This document shows positions 8,027-15,883 of a stretch of DNA of 16,764 bases, piece after piece. A program made the translations under genes and the position numbers. The notes under the pieces were generated by a model. It worked only from the letters and a program-made list of their open reading frames with translations. It did no database searches and was not told the DNA's origin. The DNA is from a bacterium (lineage in GTDB: Bacteria > Zhuqueibacterota > Zhuqueibacteria > Oceanimicrobiales > Oceanimicrobiaceae). The stretch spans positions 1-16,764 of the forward strand of contig JBHHXT010000101.1 in assembly GCA_046757165.1 (NCBI GenBank), read 5' to 3'. How positions within the stretch are numbered: the stretch's first letter is position 1; each line of letters starts with the position of its first letter.

Positions 8027-9718
8027 CTACATTCTCAAAACCCCAGTCTTATACTCTGGAATATCCGGATTGTTCAGCGCCATCTCTAGCCCCCAGGTGA
8101 GCGTCTCTCGCGTCCTGCGCGGGTCGAGGATGCCGTCTACCACCAGACGCGCGGCCGTGTAGTAGGGTGAGGTCTCATACTCGTACTTTTTTACCAGCTC
8201 TTCCCGGTACGCCTTTTTGGCCTCATCGTCCAGGTCCCGTTTGGTGAGCAAAACTGTGTCAGCGGCGATGCCGCCATCCATGACCGCCAGCCGCGCTGTC
8301 GGCCAGGAGAAAATCAGGCGCGGATCGTAGGCTTTACCACACATGGCGTAGTTACCCGCACCAAAGCTGTTGCGGATGATGATGGAGAATTTTGGCACGA
8401 CGGAGTTGGCCTGCACATTGACCATCTCCGAACCATCCTTGATAATGCCGTTGTTCTCGGCCATCTTGCCGACCATGAAGCCGGTCACGTCGTGTAAGAA
8501 AACCAGCGGGATCAGGCGCTCGTTACACAGCATGATAAAATGCGTGGCCTTGTTGGCTGAATCGCTGTAGAGAACATTGCCGATTTGCACTTGCGGCGGT
8601 TGCGGATTTCCATGCGTGTCAGGCGGCATCTGCCGGAAGACTTGCTTGCCCTGGTTGGCCACGATGCCGACGGCAAACCCACCGAGACGCGCAAAACAGG
8701 TGATCACGGTTGGCCCGAAATGGGGCTTGAACTCTTCAAACCGGCTCTCGTCTACCATGCGGGCGATGATTTCCCGCATCTCATAGGTTCCGGAAGCATC
8801 ATGGGGCAAGACACCCAAAATCTCCTCCGGGTCGTACTTCGGCGGCCGGGCATCGGCCCGGTCAAAGCCTGCCTGCGCACGCTGGCCTAAAGCGGCCACC
8901 TGATCGCGGATCCAGGCAATCGCCTCATCTTCGTTGTCGAACTGGTAGTCGGCCACGCCGCTGATCTGGTTATGCATGGTGGCACCTCCCAATGTTTCCA
9001 TATCGACAACCTGTCCCAGTGCGGATTGCACCAGGAATGGACCGGCCAAAAACATACTGGAGTTATTGGTGACCATCGCCAGGTCGCTGCTCATTCCTGG
9101 CAGATAGGCCCCCCCGGCAACGCAGAACCCGAAGACGCAGGAGATCTGCGGAATCCCCATCGCAGCCATACGGGCGTTGTTGCGAAAGATGCGCCCGAAG
9201 TGCAGTTTGTCCGGAAAAATTTCCGCCTGCCGCTCGAGATTTACGCCGGCCGAATCCACCAGATAAATGATCGGCAACCGGTTGTCCATGGCGATTTCCT
9301 GGGCGCGCAGGTTCTTTTTGCAGGTCGTCTCGACCCATGCCCCGGACTTCACCAGAGGATCATTGGCCATGATAACCACCTTACGACCACACACCGTCGC
9401 AACGCCAATGATGCTTCCGGCTGAAGGGTATCCTCCCGCAATGTCATCGTACATATCGAAGGCAGCCAGCTCCCCGATTTCAAGCAAGTCCGTTCCTTTG
9501 TCGATGATCCTCCGGATCTTTTCGCGCGCCGGGTACTTGCCACGTTTCCTCAACTTTTGGACAGCGCCGGGGTTGGGCTCTTTGACCCTCTTCAGATGAA
9601 GATTCAACTCACTGAGTTTGGTGAGCATGGCGCTGCGACGACTCTTGTATTCGCCGGACTTTGCATTCAGTTGGCTGTCAAATTGTTTCATCGAGGGGGA
9701 CCGAGCCCATTTCATCAT
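8027..9718 (-). CDS. Acyl-CoA carboxylase carboxyltransferase (beta) subunit, methylcrotonyl-/geranyl-CoA carboxylase-like
   Basis: LVDSAG, GRIFRN, CVAGGAY, LGGATMH..SGV.D, VTGFMVG and SFGAGNYAMCG motifs. Start overlaps the recJ stop (ATGA, 9715-9718); alternative start at 9691. Confidence 0.94.
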   Translation of the reverse strand: MMKWARSPSMKQFDSQLNAKSGEYKSRRSAMLTKLSELNLHLKRVKEPNPGAVQKLRKRGKYPAREKIRRIIDKGTDLLEIGELAAFDMYDDIAGGYPSAGSIIGVATVCGRKVVIMANDPLVKSGAWVETTCKKNLRAQEIAMDNRLPIIYLVDSAGVNLERQAEIFPDKLHFGRIFRNNARMAAMGIPQISCVFGFCVAGGAYLPGMSSDLAMVTNNSSMFLAGPFLVQSALGQVVDMETLGGATMHNQISGVADYQFDNEDEAIAWIRDQVAALGQRAQAGFDRADARPPKYDPEEILGVLPHDASGTYEMREIIARMVDESRFEEFKPHFGPTVITCFARLGGFAVGIVANQGKQVFRQMPPDTHGNPQPPQVQIGNVLYSDSANKATHFIMLCNERLIPLVFLHDVTGFMVGKMAENNGIIKDGSEMVNVQANSVVPKFSIIIRNSFGAGNYAMCGKAYDPRLIFSWPTARLAVMDGGIAADTVLLTKRDLDDEAKKAYREELVKKYEYETSPYYTAARLVVDGILDPRRTRETLTWGLEMALNNPDIPEYKTGVLRM

Positions 9719-11412
9719 CTTAAGTCCTTAACGCGTAGCTGCAGGGTTTTACGACCTTGATAGTCGTTTTCATCGATGACGTAGACCATTTCGACATTGC
9801 GCTCGGCACTGGGAATGCGGTAGATCTTCTCGCCCAGATTGAACCCGATGGCGTCCATCACCACGCCGTCCTGGCGGACTTTGAACTTCAAATGGTTGTT
9901 GCCGACAATCAAGGGCGTGCCCACCACCTGCAAGCCCCTGGAAATAAACGTCGGTCTGGCGTTTTGCGGTCCGAACGGCGCCATCTTCTTGAACAGTTTT
10001 AGCAAATTTTCGTCGATCTCTTTGAAACGCAGCTCCGAATCGATCAACAACTTCGGCACCAGCATTTCTTCCTTCAACGTCGCCGAGGCCACCTGGTTGA
10101 GCCGCTCGCGCAACAGCGGAATCTTTTCGCGCTCAACGCTGAGGCCGGCAGCGTACTTGTGGCCGCCAAAATTGACCATCAAGTCTTCGCAAGCTTTCAA
10201 CGCCTCATAAATGTCGAACCCGGGAATACTACGCGCCGACCCCCGGCCCTCGCCATTTTCTGTGGCGATCATGACGGTGGGGCGAAAGTACTGCTCCACA
10301 ATACGCGACGCAACAATACCGATGACCCCGGGATGCCACTGGTCGCTATCCAGGACAAAGACAGACTGCTTGTCCGCCAGGCCCTTGCGCTCGATCAAAG
10401 ACACGGCCTGTGTGAGCGTGGTTTCATCGATCTGCCGGCGGTTGCGATTTTCAACTTCCAGAATGGTGGCGATATTTTTCGCCTGTCCCTCATTGTCAGT
10501 CGTCAGGAGCCGCACGGCTCTGCCGGCATCGCCAAGACGCCCGACCGCATTGATTCTGGGGGCGATCACAAACACCACCTGGCCCGTTCCGATCTCCCTG
10601 TTGGCTAATGCGGTCATTTCCATCAGCGCGCGGAGGCCGAGATTGTGACACTGCCCAAGGTCGCACAACCCATGTCTGACGAAAATGCGATTTTCGTCAA
10701 CCAGCGGCACGATATCCGCCGCCGACCCGATAGCCACCAAATAAATCAACTCGAACAAAGCGGCTTCGTCTAAGCCCATGCTCTGCTGCACCGCCTGCAA
10801 AAGCTTGAAGGCAACCCCGACGCCGGCCAGCTCCTTGAACGGATAGAGACAGTCTTCTCTCTTGGGATTCAATATCGCCAGCGCGGCCGGCAGTTGCTGC
10901 GCCGGCTGGTGATGGTCACAGATGATCACATCGATGCCATACTTGTGCGCAAGCGCCACTTCGTCGGTTGCTGTGATCCCACAGTCAACGGTGATCAGCA
11001 ACGTGATCTCATCCTGATGGGCGGTCCTGATGCCGAGCTCCGAAAGCCCATATCCTTCCTGCAGTCTATCTGGCACGTAGAAATCTACCGGGTGCCCGAG
11101 CGCACGGAAAAAGCGCAGCATCATCGCAGTCGCTGTGGTGCCATCCACATCGTAATCACCATAGATCCGAATTTTCTCGCCGTGCCTCAGTGCCGTTTGA
11201 ATTCTTTCGACCGCTTCAGCCATCCCGTGCATCAGGAAGGGGTCGTGCAGATGGGCCAGATTCGGTAGGAAGTAACAACGTGCAGACTGGGTATCCTCGA
11301 TGCCGCGGTTGAGCAGCACCCTGGCAAGGACGGGAGAAGAGTTCAACTCGGTGGCAAAGTTTTGGACAGTTTCAACATCATGCGTTTCTATGATCTGCCA
11401 ACAATGGTCCAT
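9715..11412 (-). CDS. recJ: Single-stranded-DNA-specific exonuclease RecJ
   Basis: YGDYDVDG, TVDCG, CDHH, ADIVPL, PRINAVGRL, GSARS, GGHKYAAG and PFGPQN motifs; C-terminal OB-fold region. Confidence 0.97.
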   Translation of the reverse strand: MDHCWQIIETHDVETVQNFATELNSSPVLARVLLNRGIEDTQSARCYFLPNLAHLHDPFLMHGMAEAVERIQTALRHGEKIRIYGDYDVDGTTATAMMLRFFRALGHPVDFYVPDRLQEGYGLSELGIRTAHQDEITLLITVDCGITATDEVALAHKYGIDVIICDHHQPAQQLPAALAILNPKREDCLYPFKELAGVGVAFKLLQAVQQSMGLDEAALFELIYLVAIGSAADIVPLVDENRIFVRHGLCDLGQCHNLGLRALMEMTALANREIGTGQVVFVIAPRINAVGRLGDAGRAVRLLTTDNEGQAKNIATILEVENRNRRQIDETTLTQAVSLIERKGLADKQSVFVLDSDQWHPGVIGIVASRIVEQYFRPTVMIATENGEGRGSARSIPGFDIYEALKACEDLMVNFGGHKYAAGLSVEREKIPLLRERLNQVASATLKEEMLVPKLLIDSELRFKEIDENLLKLFKKMAPFGPQNARPTFISRGLQVVGTPLIVGNNHLKFKVRQDGVVMDAIGFNLGEKIYRIPSAERNVEMVYVIDENDYQGRKTLQLRVKDLR

Positions 11413-11449
11413 TCAATTCTCCCAACCTGACCTACCCGTCAAAAATGCA

Positions 11450-11873
11450 ATCCAAAGCAGTCCGATAAGCCGAATTCTGTCTTCCCCGGTGCAAGCGGGG
11501 GAGGCGGCCATTTATCTAGCCCCGGCATTGCTGCCGGGGTCAAGCAACCTACCCATTCCGCCATTTTCAGCAAATACAGGACGGGCCACCCTGCTATGAC
11601 CTGGGTCATAAGCGGAACTTATTTGGTCTTGCTCCGGACGGGGTTTGTCGTACTCCCGACATCACTGCCGGAAAGGTGAGCTCTTACCTCGCCATTTCAC
11701 CTTCGCCTGTGTCCCGTAAGAGCGGGACCATCGGCTGTGTATTTTCTGTGACACTTTCCGTAGGGTCACCCCTCCTCCGCGTTACGGAGCGTCCTGCCCT
11801 GTGGAGTTCGGACTTTCCTCATCCTGGCATCCGATTCCGATGCCAGAACGCGACCGCCTGGACTACTTTGGAT
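11450..11873 (-). ncRNA. rnpB: RNase P RNA, bacterial type A
   Basis: Minus strand contains GAGGAAAGTCCGAACTCC, GGAAAGTGTCACAGAAAA, GGTAAGAGCTCACC, GAGCAAGACCAAAT, GGGTAGGTTGC and ACAGAATTCGGCTTAT; the two ends pair as P1. Mature ends are approximate. Confidence 0.97.
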
Positions 11874-11956
11874 TGCCACTGTCACGCACGTCCTGAACCG
11901 CAAGGTTCGCCGCGCACCCCGGATTTGATTCAAGGCACCCGGCGAACTCTGACGCG

Positions 11957-12682
11957 CTAGTTCGCTAGTGCTTGATTCTCTTCGAGATAAACGAGGATTC
12001 GGCCACACGACTCGCAATGAATCAGTCGATTCATCATCTTTATCTCAACGACTTTCTGTGGCGGAATGGCAGAGAAACAGCCGGCGCACGAGGCATTTCT
12101 TATCTCGGCCACGGCACTATTGCCAAGACCTTTGCGAATACGCTCATATTGATACAAAACCGGCCTATTGATTGCGCCAGCCAGTTGCTCCCGCTGCTGC
12201 CGGTAGGATTGATACTCTTTCTCAGTGGCTCGAATCTTCTCCCTCAATTCATTCTCCTTCTGCCCCAATTGCTCCTCGAGCCCCATGATTTGAGGTTCAC
12301 TCTCGTTGACTCTCTCTGTGATAGTCTCCTCGCGCTCGATGAGTTCCAATATCTCATCCTCGAGGTCGCTCACTTTCGCCGCGATGGTATCGATTTCGGT
12401 CGTGATGGCATCGTACTCGCGGTTTGAAGTCACGGCATACAAATGCTCACGCGATTTGTTCAGTTTTTCTTGCAGTCCATTCAGTTCGGTCTCCAGCAGC
12501 GCCCTCGCCGTTTTCACCTCAGTCAAAGCGTGTTTTTGCTCTTCGAGTTCGGCTTTCATACGCACGAGCTTTTCTTTCAAATCTTCGACAAGCTGCGGCA
12601 GGTCGCCTTTCAGCTCCTCGAGCATCTGCAACTCCTTGTCGACGAGTTGCAACTGGACCAGCCCGGTCAAATTGGATCTCAA
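11957..12682 (-). CDS. Coiled-coil protein with C4-type zinc ribbon (DUF164, CT398/HP0958-like)
   Basis: Long heptad coiled coil with SNREYDA, YERIR, then CAGC...IPPQ...CESCGRIL. TTG start with GGAGG at 12689-12693. Confidence 0.93.
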   Translation of the reverse strand: MRSNLTGLVQLQLVDKELQMLEELKGDLPQLVEDLKEKLVRMKAELEEQKHALTEVKTARALLETELNGLQEKLNKSREHLYAVTSNREYDAITTEIDTIAAKVSDLEDEILELIEREETITERVNESEPQIMGLEEQLGQKENELREKIRATEKEYQSYRQQREQLAGAINRPVLYQYERIRKGLGNSAVAEIRNASCAGCFSAIPPQKVVEIKMMNRLIHCESCGRILVYLEENQALAN

Positions 12683-12713
12683 TTTTTACCTCCAAGAGTA
12701 ATTACCAGTAGGT

Positions 12714-12748
12714 AGAAACAAAAAATGCACCTGAAGAAGGTGCATTTT
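12714..12748 (-). terminator. Intrinsic terminator-like hairpin about 35 nt upstream of the zinc-ribbon gene
   Basis: Minus strand reads AAAATGCACCT-TCTTC-AGGTGCATTTT-TTGTTTCT: a perfect stem running into a U tract. Confidence 0.75.
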
Positions 12749-12873
12749 CCAGAAGTTGAACTTGTTCGTCTTTGGAATTTATTATCTTGATAAGTAAGAA
12801 TCTTTGAATGACCAATAAGAGAACCTTCATTACTCTTTGATTTATCACCGCCATTTCATAGCATTCAACCGAG

Positions 12874-12902
12874 AATATAAAGATTCATGAAAAAAAATGC
12901 AA
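12874..12902 (-). promoter_or_regulatory. Sigma70-type promoter
   Basis: TTGCAT (12902-12897), 17-bp spacer, TATATT (12879-12874), in an AT-rich spacer; predicted TSS near 12867. Confidence 0.65.
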
Positions 12903-12925
12903 GTCCTTTTACGAATTGCGTACAG

Positions 12926-14311
12926 TTAATCACTCGAGGTCACCCTGACATTTCGTGGTGGCTCGGGTGGCACGCTATCTCCGATGGGTGCCAAACGAAT
13001 GTTTTGCCCAACGAGAAGCTGCTCCTCCTCAACGACAACCGTTCCGGTCCAATCCGCAAACCCATTCCTGGTACAAAGAAGCTCATAGGTTCCGGCCGCA
13101 ATGCCGAGGAAGCTGTAGCGTCCCGAACTGCTCGATGTGGTTTCGTAGCGCGAGCTGCCATCTTGTCTCAACTGTACCTTCGCCCCTTCTACCGCGGTGC
13201 CGTTGACGCTGTTTTCAACCTTGCCTTCGACGCCTGTGGTCCTGCCGCCATCCTTGCGTCCGGGGCCATGCGTCCAGTCGGTCCAGCCGTTATTTTTTCC
13301 CGGGCTGGTAGGAGACTTTGCGGAGAAATTTGTGCCATAGCGGTAATTGATGATCCAGGGGGTCCAGGTGTCATCTCCTTCGGCCTCCCAGCCGATGTCG
13401 TGTAGAAATTGCACTGCGCGCAGGATGGCCTTGTCCTGCCAGCTCCAGGTTTCATAGCCCGCACGGTACAGGATCTCGGCCTGCACGACCATGCCTTGCA
13501 ACCCCTCCCAGGGATAGCCCGTGCTGGACGGAGGGAACTTAAAGCCGCCGCCACGCCGCATGTCGTCCGGCATCACGCCATCGATAGAATGGCCTTCTTT
13601 CGTCGCGCCTTTTGGGTTGATGCCAACCGGCTTGCTCGGGTCTGCCTGCCAGGACAGATTACCGTATTCGAAATCAGCGTAGGAACTGCGGTCCCCCAAA
13701 TACCCTTTGAAGACCTTGGCCGTGCGCTCCAGCTCGGCGTTATCATCGAGGTAGCGGGCGATTGCAGCGCGGGTCGCGCCGGCATGGGTTCCCCAGTTGT
13801 TTGGCCGGTCTTCGTGTGTTGAGCGCAGGGTTCGACCAGAAAGCGTCTCGGAAAGCGTTGACCGCAGCCATTCCCGAAAGTTTCCATCTTTGTCTGGCGG
13901 CAGGCCAACCAGGTCCGCAGCGATGACATATGCGCCCAACTCCCTTCCCAGCGCGAGCGTACGGCCTCCACGCTCCGTGCCAATGGCGGCCATGCACGCG
14001 TCGATGACTTCGTTACGGTAGGTTTCGTCTCCAAGACGGGCATAAACAAGCGCCTTTGCCAATACACGCACATTCACTGGATTGTCCTGGTCCGAAACGT
14101 TGGGCCGGCCGGTCGATTTGTCCGCCGCCGACTTCACGTTTTGCCACGCCTTACCAGAGGTGGGCAGGGCAGCGATCTCCTCATTGCTGAGCCAGATGCC
14201 CTTGTTGTTCGGGTTTTGCGCGTAACCGACTTCCATAGTAATGCCCGCAATCATCGTAAACGCAAGCAGCCCCGGAAAAAGCTTCTTAACAATCATCTGA
14301 CCTGTCTCCAT
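12926..14311 (-). CDS. Secreted alginate-lyase-like (alpha/alpha toroid) protein with C-terminal carboxypeptidase-regulatory-like domain
   Basis: Signal peptide (KKLFPGLLAFTMIAG...GYA|Q), helical domain with NNWGTH and DDMRRG...Y.W, then a GKV.N...G.AVEGAKV...GRYSF...GTYEL beta-sandwich. Start at 14311 or 14296. Substrate not determinable. Confidence 0.7.
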   Translation of the reverse strand: METGQMIVKKLFPGLLAFTMIAGITMEVGYAQNPNNKGIWLSNEEIAALPTSGKAWQNVKSAADKSTGRPNVSDQDNPVNVRVLAKALVYARLGDETYRNEVIDACMAAIGTERGGRTLALGRELGAYVIAADLVGLPPDKDGNFREWLRSTLSETLSGRTLRSTHEDRPNNWGTHAGATRAAIARYLDDNAELERTAKVFKGYLGDRSSYADFEYGNLSWQADPSKPVGINPKGATKEGHSIDGVMPDDMRRGGGFKFPPSSTGYPWEGLQGMVVQAEILYRAGYETWSWQDKAILRAVQFLHDIGWEAEGDDTWTPWIINYRYGTNFSAKSPTSPGKNNGWTDWTHGPGRKDGGRTTGVEGKVENSVNGTAVEGAKVQLRQDGSSRYETTSSSSGRYSFLGIAAGTYELLCTRNGFADWTGTVVVEEEQLLVGQNIRLAPIGDSVPPEPPRNVRVTSSD

Positions 14312-14588
14312 GTCTATTCCTTTCTTACCTAAGCCACGGTTAGAGTGTTTGACCTCTCTACGATTGCGTCCACTTGCCGAAACCTGAAGCTATTGCAAGT
14401 CTCGGACGTGAAACACGATCCCAATCAGTCTGGCGGTCTAAATTCAGTGGGATAGCCCTTCTCTCCTTCAACTTACCACGCTGTAATCAAAAAGTGCTCA
14501 GAATTACATATTCGTAAAAGTCTGTTTTTCAAGGTCTTGAATTTTAGCATAGCATTAAACCACTTCGGCGCAAAGTGTCAGGTGATTT

Positions 14589-14604
14589 TGCAACATCTGT
14601 GCCA
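14589..14604 (-). promoter_or_regulatory. Sigma54 (-24/-12) promoter
   Basis: Minus strand TGGCAC-AGATG-TTGCA is an exact fit to TGGCAC-N5-TTGCW; intergenic and pointing at the lyase-like gene about 280 bp downstream. Confidence 0.75.
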
Positions 14605-14863
14605 CAATTTCTCATCCGGAGCGCACACCGTCAATACCGCAACCTGCTGCCCCGATTGAGGATGTATGTGTGCAGGTGAAACCACTGTTTGGTATCTCTA
14701 AGAATGTTGGATGACAGAAAACGTAGGAAGGACAGGGAAAAACTCCAGCGGGAAGATTGTTTCGATGTCTTTGCAAGCTAACTAACCAATGACCTGTGCT
14801 GAAACTCGAAGGGCAAAACTCTGAATTCGTAAAAAAACGCTCAAGAATTTTGCCCAAGTACTC

Positions 14864-15739
14864 TCATGCATTAACCAGTTTCTTTTCAACATTGACGCGA
14901 ATGGGACGAAATGAGACAAACAGCTTCCTGGGACTATACCAGGACTTGCTGAAATCAGCGATCTTATCCAAAACAAAATACTTACTGGCCATATCGAGCA
15001 TTTTCGATTTGCTAAACTCGTTCATGTGCTTCGGAACCTTTGCGTTTCTTCGCGTTGTGGCGCGTGAGTCCAATTTGTCTTTCATCAAATGAACGAGCAG
15101 CTTCACCAGCGACACGGGCCCAGTTACATCATGCGTACTTTGTAGAATAAGCAATGAACCATCTTGCTTGAGCACACGCCTGGCTTCGCCAAAAAAGCGG
15201 TCCAAATCGTTGAAGTGGTCAAGCGCCGCAATGACCAGCATATGGGTGAATGTCGAGTCAACAAACGGGATATATTCGCCGAGTGCGTGCACAAAGCGGA
15301 AATCCTTTGATTCTTCCATAGGCAGTGGGTCGAGGCCGAAGTACGTCACGCGGGTTTCATCCAAATAGTTGCGCAATTTGCCGGGACCGCATCCGACGTC
15401 GAGAACTGTTCCATGTTCAATGCCGGCGAATTCAAAAAAAGCAACGTGAGTGGCCCGACTGCTTGGATGCGGCAGTCTACCGGACACGTTTTTTCTCTCC
15501 TGTCGTCTGGCATCCAAACCCTCGAGGTGCTGTTTCCAGAGTTCCCATTGCTCGCTGCTGTCCACAGTTGGCGGAACTAAATTGGGGATCCCGGAATGAA
15601 TATCGTAACGATTGCCGCACTTGTCACAAATGAGCTGCCCTGCTTCGATTTTGTCGCCATTTTGGTTCTCGATATCAGCACGTAGACGCGCCTGGCACTC
15701 CGGACAGGAAAGCAATGGCACCATTTCCGTGGTTAGCAT
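14864..15739 (-). CDS. Class I SAM-dependent methyltransferase with N-terminal Trm112-like Zn domain
   Basis: LSCPEC...LICDKCGNRYDIHSGIPNL (Trm112-like), VLDVGCGPG (motif I), GEYIPF.DSTF, ALDH and RRVLKQDG. GAGG RBS. Confidence 0.9.
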   Translation of the reverse strand: MLTTEMVPLLSCPECQARLRADIENQNGDKIEAGQLICDKCGNRYDIHSGIPNLVPPTVDSSEQWELWKQHLEGLDARRQERKNVSGRLPHPSSRATHVAFFEFAGIEHGTVLDVGCGPGKLRNYLDETRVTYFGLDPLPMEESKDFRFVHALGEYIPFVDSTFTHMLVIAALDHFNDLDRFFGEARRVLKQDGSLLILQSTHDVTGPVSLVKLLVHLMKDKLDSRATTRRNAKVPKHMNEFSKSKMLDMASKYFVLDKIADFSKSWYSPRKLFVSFRPIRVNVEKKLVNA

Positions 15740-15883
15740 CTAGCACCTCTCTTTTTTGACATGGTTATACTTTTTGAATTATTCAAACAATTATACAGGT
15801 TTCCGCTTCCTTTTGCGGACAGCTCTTGCTCTTCTTATTTCGTCCTATCTCTTGAAAAATACAAGAAATGAATCGCTAACCAA

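Noticed and set aside
11676..12017. ORFs 11676..11960 (+) and 11766..12017 (-)
   Set aside because: They overlap the RNase P RNA and are translation artefacts.
14350..14400. c-di-GMP-I riboswitch suggested by GGACGCAA on the minus strand
   Set aside because: The GGCAAAC...GAAA hairpin and the second stem are not evident.
14612..14857. 81-aa minus-strand ORF in the spacer
   Set aside because: No RBS or motifs; it lies where sigma54 enhancer sites would be expected.
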